Origin: an uncultured Deferribacteres bacterium
GTDB lineage: Bacteria; Zhuqueibacterota; JdFR-76; DREG01
DNA length: 64,000 nucleotides
Direction: 5' to 3'
NCBI GenBank assembly: GCA_964464595.1
Contig: CAYXGW010000011.1
Location: forward strand, 4,967-68,966
Below, piece by piece: positions 32,231-42,028 of this stretch. A program made the position numbers and the translations under genes. The notes beneath the pieces are model-generated. The model made no database searches. It was not told the DNA's origin and saw only the letters and a program-made list of their open reading frames with translations. Numbering within the stretch: the stretch's first letter is position 1; the number at the start of each line of letters is the position of its first letter.

Positions 32231-32632
32231 TTAATTATTTCTGTCTCTCAATTTAAGTTGTCGTTTGATAAGGAAAATTTCAACTGTTTGAAACAAAAAA
32301 TAGTAGATCGTCAAAATTGTTAAAAAAGTTAACATGTGTAAATATTTTCCCTGGTATATCCAAAAAATAACGCCAAGAAAAATTATCATTCTTACAATCA
32401 TCCCGCCCAGTAAAACTGAGAGAAAAGCTTTATGAGATTTTGAAAAACCCCAATAATTTACCAAATAAGCAAACAAAATTAAGATGAAACTTAAAACCCA
32501 GGAAACCAGCAATTCTGCCGTTTTCTCTTGTTCTCCAAATAAAAAAAGGACTAACAAACCTACTAGTCCAGAAACAATACCTATCCCCAAAAATGACAAT
32601 AAAAAAGAACCTCTAATAAATTCCTTAATCAC
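32231..32632 (-). CDS. AtpI-like small membrane protein of the atp operon
   Basis: Four predicted TM helices in 133 aa. It lies immediately upstream of atpB and overlaps the AtpZ-like gene by 8 nt. Confidence 0.4.
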   Translation of the reverse strand: MIKEFIRGSFLLSFLGIGIVSGLVGLLVLFLFGEQEKTAELLVSWVLSFILILFAYLVNYWGFSKSHKAFLSVLLGGMIVRMIIFLGVIFWIYQGKYLHMLTFLTILTIYYFLFQTVEIFLIKRQLKLRDRNN

Positions 32633-32873
32633 GCTTCTTATTCATTTTATCGTTTAAATAAACAACTTTATAAATCGTCCAAAACCCGACGGTTGCACCC
32701 AATAAAAAACCTATCATTAAAAAAACAGGAATAGTGTTCAGTTTTTTATCTATCCAAAAGCCGATCGCCGCAAAAATTACAATTGAAAGTGCAAAACGCA
32801 TCCCTAAATCGAAATATGGACCAATTTCCCGCATTGAATCTTTAGAACTCGAATTTTTGTTTTTGCCATTCAT
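32625..32873 (-). CDS. AtpZ-like (ATPase_gene1 family) small membrane protein
   Basis: Length 82 aa with two TM helices (FALSIVIFAAIGFWIDKKL, IPVFLMIGFLLGATVGFWTIY). It is the first gene of the atp cluster. Confidence 0.5.
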   Translation of the reverse strand: MNGKNKNSSSKDSMREIGPYFDLGMRFALSIVIFAAIGFWIDKKLNTIPVFLMIGFLLGATVGFWTIYKVVYLNDKMNKKRD

Positions 32874-32930
32874 AGCAATTCCAAAATCCGCTGGTCCAAA
32901 TATGCAGATGAATACTCTATCAAAGTTTCA

Positions 32931-33377
32931 TCATGATTGATTGTCTGCCTCTTGAATGGAATTTTTCACTGGTTTGTGGCTTACCTTTTCCGGCGTGGAA
33001 TTAAAAGCCGGTTCCAACTTGGATCCTTTCATTTGAGAGCTGCCATCAAAAACAGCACCTTCGGCAATGACTAATTTAACCGCGTTCAATTTTCCTACTA
33101 AAATTGCGGAGGACTCTAAAGTAACTTTTCCGGAGGCGGAGATTTTACCTTTTACGGTTCCTCCAATAACAGCATTTTTGACTTCAATTTCTCCTTGGAT
33201 GATACCCTCTTTACCGACAATGATAGAATCTGAAGATTTTAGATTCCCAACCAGTTTTCCATCTATTCGGAGACTATGTTGAACTGTAATATTCCCTTCT
33301 ATTATAGTACCTTTCCCTATTAAAGTATTTAAATCACCCATTCTGTCATAACCGTTGCTGTCTTTTTCTTTAAACAT
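32931..33377 (-). CDS. Bactofilin (CcmA/DUF583 polymer-forming cytoskeletal protein)
   Basis: Beta-helical repeat core GTIIEGNITVQHSLRIDGKLVGNLKSSDSIIVGKEGIIQGEIEVKNAVIGGTVKGKISASGKVTLESSAILVGKL with the characteristic V/I-x-G periodicity. Length 148 aa. Confidence 0.75.
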   Translation of the reverse strand: MFKEKDSNGYDRMGDLNTLIGKGTIIEGNITVQHSLRIDGKLVGNLKSSDSIIVGKEGIIQGEIEVKNAVIGGTVKGKISASGKVTLESSAILVGKLNAVKLVIAEGAVFDGSSQMKGSKLEPAFNSTPEKVSHKPVKNSIQEADNQS

Positions 33378-33410
33378 CTATTTCTCCTTTACGAATTTTC
33401 AAATCCATAT

Positions 33411-34322
33411 TTATAATTCCTGTTGTTGATCAGTCTGCAAAGAAAATAAATATTCCTTCGGATCCACAGGTTTTGAATCACGCCAAATTTCAAAGTGAAG
33501 ATGGGGTCCTGAACTGGTTTCACCCGAATTACCTAACAGTGCGATCGGGTCTCCTTTTTTTACAGTGCCAACCGTCCTGAGTAGACGCATGTTATGTGCA
33601 TAAAATGTAAAGATGTCGCTGCCATGATAAATAATAATAAGATTCCCCAAATCAGGCGTCCAATCGGCAAAAACAATCGTACCTTCTCCGGATGCTTTAA
33701 TTACCGATCCTCGCTTTGCAACTATATCAATCCCGAAATGTCGGTCCCGGATTTGTGGTTCCGCCAAATTTATATCATCAAATCCAAGAGAGATCAATCC
33801 TTCCACTGGTAATAAAGTAGGAAGCCTTTCATACATCATGTGATAACTTGTTGTAATGGAACTCACTCGTTTAAGGATATTTTCCAAATTTCGTGCTGAT
33901 ATTTTTTGATCATTTTTATTTTTAGATCCGTTATCAAAAGAGATATTGCTTTCATTTGAAATTGATGCTCCCACTATACTTTCATCAAACTCTTGGGCTT
34001 CTTCTATTCCCAATGAAGTTTTCAATTTATTCGAAAATTGTTTCAACTCATCAAATTTACTAGCAATCAAAGCTACCTGGCTGTTTTCACGTTCCAATTT
34101 GGAATTTTCGACCTTCAGTGCAACATTTTCATTATTCACTTGGAGATATTTGACAAAGTAAACTACTCCGGCTATCACACTTAGCAATAGTAAAACAGCA
34201 ATCCCACCTAACATCTTCAGGGTAAGCACTCTTAATTTAAATCCAACCGGTTCAGATTGATTGTCGGCAATAATTAAGAAAGAAAGAAATTGCTTTTTTT
34301 TCTTTAATTTACTCTTTGCCAT
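33411..34322 (-). CDS. M23/LytM-family peptidoglycan metalloendopeptidase with an N-terminal TM helix and coiled coil
   Basis: TM helix (IAVLLLLSVIAGVVYFV), a coiled-coil region, and the catalytic motifs HFGIDI, YHGSDIFTFYAHNM and GPHLHFEI, so the Zn ligands are intact. Confidence 0.8.
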   Translation of the reverse strand: MAKSKLKKKKQFLSFLIIADNQSEPVGFKLRVLTLKMLGGIAVLLLLSVIAGVVYFVKYLQVNNENVALKVENSKLERENSQVALIASKFDELKQFSNKLKTSLGIEEAQEFDESIVGASISNESNISFDNGSKNKNDQKISARNLENILKRVSSITTSYHMMYERLPTLLPVEGLISLGFDDINLAEPQIRDRHFGIDIVAKRGSVIKASGEGTIVFADWTPDLGNLIIIYHGSDIFTFYAHNMRLLRTVGTVKKGDPIALLGNSGETSSGPHLHFEIWRDSKPVDPKEYLFSLQTDQQQEL

Positions 34323-34323
34323 C

Positions 34324-35199
34324 TTAATAAGGATTCTCTTCTTGTTTGAAAATCCCGTAAATTCGATTTAAATCATCTTCAGAATAATACTGAATTTCTA
34401 TTTTCCCTCCCTCCGATTTTGGCGATATAAGAATCTGAGTACCTAATATCTCCCGCAACTGGTCTTCCATGTCGATAATGAAAATCGACTTTTGGGCTAC
34501 TGGCTTAGCCTGCGTCTCTTTGCCGCCATTACTAAATGCTTTAACCAACTCTTCTACTTTTCTGACTGAAAAATTATATTTTATGGTTTTCTTCCACAAA
34601 GAAATTTGGTCGCTACGATCTTGAATAGCCAAAAGGGCCCGGGCATGACCCATGGAAATTTTGTTTTCCAATAAACTCTGTTGAATATCTTGTGGAAGCT
34701 TCAACAATCGTAAGAAATTTGTAACTGATGATCGATCTTTACCGACTTTCTGCGCCACTTGTTCTTGAGTTAGATTGCAATCAGCTATGAGCCTATCAAA
34801 AGCTTTCGCAACATCGATTGGATTTAGATTTTCTCGTTGAATGTTTTCGATCAATGCCAGTTGCAGCATTTCTTCATCAGTCTCGATATCTAACAAATAT
34901 GCCGGAATCGTATTGTATCCAAGTTGTTTGACAGCACGAAAACGCCGTTCACCGGAAATAAGTTGAAAACCACCTTCAAAAGAACGAACGGTAATGGGCT
35001 GAATAATACCGTTTTCTTTAATTGAATCTTTTAATTCATTTAAAGCTTCACTATCGAAATTATCCCTGGGTTGAAATGGATTAGCTGAAATTCCCGACAC
35101 TTCGATTTCAGCAAATTTGGCGGATTCATATTGTGTATTCTCAGATAAATCCGGAATTAATGCCGATAAACCACGACCCAATCTACGCTTATTTGCCAT
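34324..35199 (-). CDS. parB: Chromosome partitioning protein ParB (parS-binding, CTPase N-domain)
   Basis: GERRFRAV (the ParB GERRxRA box) and a helix-turn-helix segment [25 protein letters not shown]. Length 291 aa. It overlaps parA by 11 nt. Confidence 0.9.
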   Translation of the reverse strand: MANKRRLGRGLSALIPDLSENTQYESAKFAEIEVSGISANPFQPRDNFDSEALNELKDSIKENGIIQPITVRSFEGGFQLISGERRFRAVKQLGYNTIPAYLLDIETDEEMLQLALIENIQRENLNPIDVAKAFDRLIADCNLTQEQVAQKVGKDRSSVTNFLRLLKLPQDIQQSLLENKISMGHARALLAIQDRSDQISLWKKTIKYNFSVRKVEELVKAFSNGGKETQAKPVAQKSIFIIDMEDQLREILGTQILISPKSEGGKIEIQYYSEDDLNRIYGIFKQEENPY

Positions 35200-35952
35200 T
35201 CACTAAAACCTCCTCAGCCAGTTTAATATAATTCTCAGAACCACTCGATATAGCATCATATAGAATAATCGGTTTACCATGACTCGGCGCTTCACTTAGT
35301 CGAACATTTCGATAAACAATCGTTTTATAGACTTTATCACTAAAATATTTTCGAACTTCTTCCGCAACCTGTTTGGATAGATTCAGCCGGCTATCATACA
35401 TTGTTAATACAACACCTTCGATTTCCAATTTAGGGTTTAAATGCTTCTGAACCAATCGAATTGTGTTTAGCAATTGGCTCAATCCTTCCAAAGCATAATA
35501 TTCACATTGAATTGGAATCAATACCGAATTGGCTGCCGTCAGGCTGTTGATAGTTAAGAGGCCAAGCGACGGAGGGCAATCGATAAAAACATACTCATAA
35601 TCTTTTTTTATTTTTGTAGTACGATCCCGCATTATTTTTTCTCTGGCAATAGCGCTAACAAGCTCAACCTCAGCGCCAACGAGTCGGATACTTGATGGCA
35701 AGATATCCAAATATTCAATCTGGCTGTCAATAATCGCTTCATTGATGTCCATTTCATCAATCAAAACATCATAAATTGTGTGATCAATTTCATGGGAATT
35801 AATCCCAAGTCCACTCGTAGCATTTGCTTGAGGATCGATATCAATCAAAAGTGTCTCGATCTCCGCAACCGCAATACAACTGGCTAGATTAATAGCAGTT
35901 GTAGTTTTCCCTACACCACCTTTTTGATTCGCAATAGCAATAATTTTACCCA
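35189..35952 (-). CDS. parA: Chromosome partitioning ATPase ParA/Soj
   Basis: Deviant Walker A KGGVGKTT directly after [11 protein letters not shown] strong SD-like GGAGAG lies 3 nt before the ATG at 35952. The ORF-track start at 36034 adds 27 implausible residues. Confidence 0.9.
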
Positions 35953-36138
35953 TTCTCTCCTCAAAATCGGAATTAAATTGACTTACTAATATATAGGTGA
36001 AGCATCTGAAAAGCAACCCCAAAAGAAGAAGCAAATGGAGTGTAAAATCTTAAATAATTAAGGGAATGTATTCTTTAGATCAATATAGCCTATTATTTTT
36101 GTCAAATGAAACAAAATTATCTCATCTTTTGGATTTCA

Positions 36139-37043
36139 TCAATCGGATTTTAGTATCGAAATGCTACCATTGACTGTTTTCAATACAAGAATTCCACCAC
36201 CGCCATTTAACTGACCTTTTAATCTTCTTCTGCTAAGCTTACCCTTAACACTTAGAGACAATTCACTCTTTATGCTTCCATTTACTGTACTGGCTTCCAG
36301 ATTGGCCTTAAGGTCTGCCGGAATTGCTAATTGAATCCCGCCATTAACGGTTTTAAAAATCATTTCATCGAATCGATAAATTTCTTCAATATTTACTGAT
36401 ATACTACCATTAACCGTTTTACATGAAACCTCGCCGCTACTTTGAGTAACTTTGATCCTTCCATTGGTTGTTTTAGATTTAATCTGACCTGTGATACCGG
36501 TTATGTCGATCCGGCCATTCACATTATCAATATTCAAATTTACTTCCTTAGGAACGACTAAATAAAAATTTACATTTACTGATGGCTTACCTCTTCCGAA
36601 TAACCATGAGAACAAAGATGAAACACCGCCTCTGGAGCTTCGTTTATGGGGATAATCAACCTCTATTTCCAAATAGTCTCTTCCGTCATTAATATCCAAA
36701 TAAATTTCTTCCATGCGTTCATCCGCAAATCGCCGGCTACGATGTTTTACAGTGATCACCACTCTTAGTTCAACTTGCTCATTATCCCAGGAATAAATTT
36801 CTATCTTACCACTTGTGTTTTTTAAAGAGATTTCACCGCCTTGCGCAGGTTGAAAGTTTTATTGATTTCTTTTCTAGTAGTTCCGGATATAACCTGGCTT
36901 GTCAACCAAAGCAAAGAAAGAATTCCCACTACTGAACCTAGTAATAATTGTTGCCTAAGCCTTTTCATGATAAATATTCCTCCATCTAAAGCTAAAGTTA
37001 AGAATAAATATCTAATTTTTTGTATGTTACCTAACACCAACAC
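36139..37043 (-). pseudogene. DUF4097-family secreted beta-helix protein, split by a -1 frameshift in an A-homopolymer
   Basis: The 73-aa ORF (36822..37043) supplies a signal peptide (MKRLRQQLLLGSVVGILSLLWLTSQVISG). The 207-aa ORF (36139..36762, GTG-started) stays open upstream to 36858 and encodes NFQPAQGGEISLKNTSGKIEIYSWDNEQVELRVVITVKHR..., which aligns to the N-region of the 2211..3233 paralog. The frames switch at aataaaa(a)c, about 36857-36866. Confidence 0.5.
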
Positions 37044-37055
37044 TCAACTATAATC

Positions 37056-37724
37056 TCAATCATTCTCGCTCATCATGTTCACTGGTTCATATTCAACGAA
37101 AAACTCAACCGACCTTTTTTCTAATATTTCTTCTAACGTGATATTCCAAATAGCCCGGTTTTTATCACCCCGAATGTTTGCATTTGTATCCGTGATCAAC
37201 CCGGGAACAATCCATTGAAAGCGAAACTTGATTTCCGAAAAAACATTTTTAGAAAAAATTGAACGAAGACCTGAGTTTAGAAGCATTTTGGTACGATCCA
37301 GTTTGTCTTCGTCAAGGTAGATGAATCGCTTTAGTGTAATATTATTTTCGGTTCGTATGGTTTCAAACCGTTCGTTTTGAAAGCTTGGTGTGGCATTTAA
37401 CAAAGCCAGGCTATCAAACTCAAAATCCATATAAACATGCGTGAGATCCTCTTTTTGACGAATCTCATGAAACTTTTCCGTCAAACCTCCGGAAAGATAA
37501 TTTCTTTTAATATTATCTTTCACATCGTAAACGTCCGTTGGAAAGTACAAATTTTCAAACTTCATATCCTTTTCGGCTTGATAATGGATCATCAATTCGC
37601 CCGATCCATCAACCTTCATAAATATCATTTCGTCATATTCAAAACAGCCAGCACTTAAAATAGGAAAAAGTATTAAGATTATAGAACGCCAATTTATCAA
37701 ACTTATCTTCGAAGGAAATTTCAT
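37056..37724 (-). CDS. Predicted lipoprotein of unknown function
   Basis: Lipobox-like LSAGC at the end of the signal peptide (ILILFPILSAGC|FEYDE). Length 222 aa, with no recognisable catalytic motif. Confidence 0.45.
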   Translation of the reverse strand: MKFPSKISLINWRSIILILFPILSAGCFEYDEMIFMKVDGSGELMIHYQAEKDMKFENLYFPTDVYDVKDNIKRNYLSGGLTEKFHEIRQKEDLTHVYMDFEFDSLALLNATPSFQNERFETIRTENNITLKRFIYLDEDKLDRTKMLLNSGLRSIFSKNVFSEIKFRFQWIVPGLITDTNANIRGDKNRAIWNITLEEILEKRSVEFFVEYEPVNMMSEND

Positions 37725-38741
37725 TTATTGCCATTTCCGTTGAATAAAAATATCACCTATATCCGAAAAGAATTCGCAAACCTCATCGTTCTTTTTATTC
37801 CCATTATATTCTAAAATAGAAATTCCACCTGATTTTTTAATTCCCCATTGGTGCGCTGAGCGAATTACTCCTAATGCTGTTTCCGCAATTATTTTTGATT
37901 CCGGGAAATCAGGCAGGAGTAAATACATATCGCCCGAATCTGACCTCACTCGAATTTTAGCTTTTAGTTTAAAATTTGGATTGAAAAAGAAATCTCCGGA
38001 TTTTGTTTCAATTTCTCCTGATCTAATTACGTTTCCAACCAGATAAATATCTGCATCCTTTGATTTTACAACCAAACGAATGAGCTTTGAATTATCCAGT
38101 GTTATTTCGCCTTGTTTAATAGATAAACTCATGTGTGGATCAACCCCATTTTGTCCATTTAGATTGGATATTTTTGCCCGGACTTCATCCAGTTTTATTT
38201 CCAGGTTTTCAGCTGAAATGTCTGTGATTTCCAGAATTCCTTTTTTTAGTTCAATCGTAATATTACCATAGACTCCATCAATGATGGCGCTCCCATCCTT
38301 CTTTTCAATTTTTAATCGAAGCGATTTGGGGACAGTAAGTTCAAAATCAATTTTTGTTGATGCGGTTTTCTTTATCCCTGTGAATCTGAGAAGACCGGAA
38401 AACGGATTATTACTTCCACGGCCGAGCTGATGTACGAAGAGTTTATTATTGCCTGGTGTAAATTCAATTTTAAGTTCTTTAAGTTTTGACTCTGCTTTTT
38501 CACGATTACTGGCCTTTGCCCACTTTTTAACCAAAATCTGAATACCTGGTTTTTCCCATGTGGAAATATTCAGATTCCCGGATCCTAACTTAAGTTCCAA
38601 TTGCGAATTTGGAGAAATATCAAAGTGGTGTGTTTGGGTTTCAGTAACTTCATAATCCGAAGCAAAAAGAAAACAAGGTAGTAAAAAGAAAAGAATTATT
38701 GCTGCTATAATTCCTATAAAAAAACCATCATATCTACGCAT
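37725..38741 (-). CDS. Secreted or anchored beta-strand-rich protein of unknown function, possibly beta-helix/adhesin-like
   Basis: N-terminal hydrophobic helix (FFIGIIAAIILFFLLPCFLFA). Hydrophilic beta-type periodicity throughout. Its stop is 1 nt from the start of the next gene. Confidence 0.4.
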   Translation of the reverse strand: MRRYDGFFIGIIAAIILFFLLPCFLFASDYEVTETQTHHFDISPNSQLELKLGSGNLNISTWEKPGIQILVKKWAKASNREKAESKLKELKIEFTPGNNKLFVHQLGRGSNNPFSGLLRFTGIKKTASTKIDFELTVPKSLRLKIEKKDGSAIIDGVYGNITIELKKGILEITDISAENLEIKLDEVRAKISNLNGQNGVDPHMSLSIKQGEITLDNSKLIRLVVKSKDADIYLVGNVIRSGEIETKSGDFFFNPNFKLKAKIRVRSDSGDMYLLLPDFPESKIIAETALGVIRSAHQWGIKKSGGISILEYNGNKKNDEVCEFFSDIGDIFIQRKWQ

Positions 38742-38808
38742 TAAAATTCCGGATGATTAGAGAAAGATATTTACAATGTTTATAATCAGAACTTTCAAAA
38801 GCTCGTAC

Positions 38809-39666
38809 TCATCGAGTACGGATATCAAGTGTGCCCATTCCTGGAGATATTGATAATTTGGTTTTATATTTGGAGTTATCGTAATTATCCGAATAATAAT
38901 ATTTTCCACTCTTATAGAAATCAGATGGGATATCCAATGAGGAGAAAAACAGAAATTTTGAGATAGAAAATCTAATCGCTTCATCTTCAGGGAGGTACAG
39001 ACGAGTCTCACCAATATTTAAGTCAATATCAACTTCCCGATCATTCATAATATCCATATCGGATGTCAAATCAACAATCAAAGCGCCCACCGCGCCATTA
39101 ATATTCGCATACTCAAAATTTGCATTGCCCAATTTTTCGACTCTTACTTCACCAAATTTAATGTCAATATCTAACTCCTCAATTTTATCTTTGTTTGGCC
39201 GGGAAAAAGCAACTAAAGTTTCACCGGCAAGTACGTGGAGTTCAAATTCACGAATTTTTAGTCCGCCAAGCTCAATATCACATTGACTTGCTTTGGTTTT
39301 GCAATCGATTAATATCGGAACTTCTGTTGGCAATCTCACAATCATTCTTGCAGACATACCATCTTCATCATCATGATCCTTAAACCATTTATCCACATCA
39401 AAATAAACTCGCAAGTAATTATCATCTTCATCAAAATCCACACTCAAATCATGACTATCATCATCAAACCGAAAATTGAGTGAAATCTTCCTTTTATACC
39501 TGCCAGGTTCAATTTCTATCTTTCCCGCATCGATTTCAAGCCGGATACGCAAAGGTTTTCTTCTAGAAACATCAAAACTGTATTCCTTTCGAACGATATC
39601 ATCTGCAATTAAATAAGAAGGCAACAACAAAAAAAGTATCCAGAGTCCAGAAATTTTATATCTCAT
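38809..39666 (-). CDS. Secreted protein of unknown function (285 aa)
   Basis: Signal peptide (GLWILFLLLPSYLIA|DD). It is Asp/Glu-rich with alternating hydrophobic periodicity suggestive of a beta-sandwich or beta-helix. Confidence 0.4.
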   Translation of the reverse strand: MRYKISGLWILFLLLPSYLIADDIVRKEYSFDVSRRKPLRIRLEIDAGKIEIEPGRYKRKISLNFRFDDDSHDLSVDFDEDDNYLRVYFDVDKWFKDHDDEDGMSARMIVRLPTEVPILIDCKTKASQCDIELGGLKIREFELHVLAGETLVAFSRPNKDKIEELDIDIKFGEVRVEKLGNANFEYANINGAVGALIVDLTSDMDIMNDREVDIDLNIGETRLYLPEDEAIRFSISKFLFFSSLDIPSDFYKSGKYYYSDNYDNSKYKTKLSISPGMGTLDIRTR

Positions 39667-39708
39667 TTTTTTCTCAGCTTTTTTTAATTAATGTCTATAG
39701 AAAGCTTA

Positions 39709-40959
39709 TCAGAATGGTCGGGAAATACGAAAAGTGATTTTTACGGCATCTGTTGCACGGTCTGTTCGTTTTGTGATATTCAATCGAAATGAGCCGTCAT
39801 CGCTTGCAAACGCAATACCAATGTCTGAATAGAAATCATCGATTTTCAATTTGCCAAAATCTTTTTCATCCTTATACCAGGCAAGGCCGGCATCGGCGAA
39901 TAGTATTAAAGTAAATTCATCCAAAATCGGGATATAAGGAGCCCAGTCTAAACGGTCCCAGTTAATCTGGTATTCTATATTTCCCAATAACATCCGATCC
40001 CCTGTGAAGGCTTTGTGTTCATATCCCCTAAGAGTACTAATACCGCCCAGATCAAATAGTTTTTGGACGGGCACTGTACCAACTGTTTCTCCGACTCGCA
40101 ATCGAATGTTAATATTTTCCCCTCTCGAAACAGGCTGATAACGTCTAATTTCAAATATATAACGCTGAAAGTCCGTATCCCCTTCATATTCTTTGGTAAA
40201 ATATTCTGCAGAACCTGCAAACAACCAACCTCGCCGTGAACTATACTTTCGACCTCGTGTATCCAGTTGAAAATTCCCATAAAGACCTTTCAACTCCAGG
40301 GTGTCAACCACGGGATTACTTCTGAATCTTTTGTTTCCTCCGAAAACAGACCAATTCGTCACGGAATCTAAGCTTCTGTGGTTTTCTTCCAGGTAGCCTA
40401 TTTTTAATTTCGCCCAACGTGAAAAATTTTGAGAAATATAAACACCAGCGCCTTCTCGGCGATAATAATCTTGGGAATCCTCTCGAATAAAAATGGCTCC
40501 AACGGTATTTTCCCAGGAAGGAATAATCCATTCGTCCTCGGAATAAGTAAGATCATAAATCTCTCCGCCAATAGAAAATTGACTACTTGCTGGAAAAAAA
40601 CTTCGCTCTAAAGCAGCTTTAAATTGAAATCGTTCACTTTTTAAACCAATACCGGCGCCACCATACAATTGCATTCCCCCACGTCTTCGAAAAATTTCTC
40701 TCTGCTTTCTGAAGCCCAAAAACATACCATCCACTCGATTATAGCGAAACACAAAATAATCGTCGTCAAAATTATTACCGTCGTCGAAATAGGTCGATCC
40801 CCACTGAGATATAGGAGAGAATCTTTCCCAGGATTTAAGCAATAAAGTTTGATTATTCTTATTATGTTCTCCTGAAAACAAAACAGCCGGCAATATGAGA
40901 GTAAACAATAGCCCAAAACTAATTCTCAACAAAGAGTGCTTTAGTTTATTAGTCATCAT
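39709..40959 (-). CDS. Outer-membrane beta-barrel protein of unknown family
   Basis: Signal peptide (ISFGLLFTLILPAVLFSG). It has many amphipathic beta-strands with Tyr/Gly/Arg-rich girdle-like segments. The C-terminus ends in Phe (RISRPF), as in Bam-dependent OMPs. Confidence 0.5.
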   Translation of the reverse strand: MMTNKLKHSLLRISFGLLFTLILPAVLFSGEHNKNNQTLLLKSWERFSPISQWGSTYFDDGNNFDDDYFVFRYNRVDGMFLGFRKQREIFRRRGGMQLYGGAGIGLKSERFQFKAALERSFFPASSQFSIGGEIYDLTYSEDEWIIPSWENTVGAIFIREDSQDYYRREGAGVYISQNFSRWAKLKIGYLEENHRSLDSVTNWSVFGGNKRFRSNPVVDTLELKGLYGNFQLDTRGRKYSSRRGWLFAGSAEYFTKEYEGDTDFQRYIFEIRRYQPVSRGENINIRLRVGETVGTVPVQKLFDLGGISTLRGYEHKAFTGDRMLLGNIEYQINWDRLDWAPYIPILDEFTLILFADAGLAWYKDEKDFGKLKIDDFYSDIGIAFASDDGSFRLNITKRTDRATDAVKITFRISRPF

Positions 40960-41012
40960 GAAATCTCCAGTTTAGGTCAGTAAATATATGGCCAAAATAC
41001 GAGGTGGTTCAT

Positions 41013-42023
41013 TCAAAGTTTCGCTGTCATCTGGGTTTCTGTAGAAATTTGTGGATTGGATACCAGGCGAGCTAGTGTTAACAATTCATCAATATCGTTT
41101 GGAACCGGACTGGTATAAGAAATCGTTTGGCCAGTTGTTGGATGTTCAAACCCCAAGTTTTGGGCATGAAGTGCTTGCCTTCTTAAACATTCAAAATATT
41201 TTTCCGCTATTTTTCGATCGGGTTTTGATAAGGCCTTAGCTCTGCTCTGTCTCCCGCCATAATTATAATCTGAAAATACAGGATGGCCAATGTGTGTCAT
41301 GTGTACCCTGATCTGGTGTGTTCTTCCTGTTTCTAATTTTAATTCTACAAAACTAATTAAGGATAACTGCTCTAAAACTTTGTAGTTTGTGATCGCGATT
41401 TTACCTTCCGGCAAAACAGCCATTTTCTTGCGGCTATTCGGACTACGGCCAAACTTTGTTTCAATACGTCCTTCGTTTTTGTTAAACGCGCCCCACACAA
41501 TGGAGATGTAGCTTCTTTGTGCTGTTCTTTGTGAAAACTGTTCTGATAAATGACGATGGGTATAATCATCCTTAGCCACGACGAGAAGGCCAGAAGTATC
41601 CTTATCCAGGCGATGAACAATACCCGGTCGTAATTCCCCATTGATACCGGAAAGATTATCACAATGGTAAAGTAAGGCGTTCACTAAAGTTCCGTTTGAA
41701 TGCCCAAACGCCGGATGCACAACCATTCCGGCTGGTTTGTTAATAATCAATAGTTGTTCATCTTCATACAAAATATCCAAAGGAATATCTTCTTGTAGAA
41801 TTTCCACTTTTCGCGGTTGGGGGATATGTATTTCAATTCGCTCCCCGGGAATGACATTATGGCTTGGTTTGATTTTTTGGCCATTTACCAGAATTCTATT
41901 TTCTTCAATCAATTGGCGGATTCGTGTACGAGACATTTGATCGAATTGAGTAGCCAGAAACTTATCAATGCGCTCCGGCATTATAGTGGATGATACGATG
42001 AGTTCGAGATGTTGACCAGACAT
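41013..42023 (-). CDS. rluD: RluA-family 23S rRNA pseudouridine synthase (RluD-like)
   Basis: N-terminal S4 domain (RIDKFLATQFDQMSRTRIRQLIEENRILVNGQKIKPSHNV) and the catalytic motif HRLDKDTSGLLVVAKDD. Confidence 0.9.
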   Translation of the reverse strand: MSGQHLELIVSSTIMPERIDKFLATQFDQMSRTRIRQLIEENRILVNGQKIKPSHNVIPGERIEIHIPQPRKVEILQEDIPLDILYEDEQLLIINKPAGMVVHPAFGHSNGTLVNALLYHCDNLSGINGELRPGIVHRLDKDTSGLLVVAKDDYTHRHLSEQFSQRTAQRSYISIVWGAFNKNEGRIETKFGRSPNSRKKMAVLPEGKIAITNYKVLEQLSLISFVELKLETGRTHQIRVHMTHIGHPVFSDYNYGGRQSRAKALSKPDRKIAEKYFECLRRQALHAQNLGFEHPTTGQTISYTSPVPNDIDELLTLARLVSNPQISTETQMTAKL

Positions 42024-42028
42024 TAAAT

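Noticed and set aside
34324-36138. A parS site (TGTTTCACGTGAAACA) near parAB
   Set aside because: I scanned by eye for CACGTG-centred palindromes. I found only unrelated CACGTG occurrences (for example at 10461 and 13631), so no parS can be claimed without a proper search.
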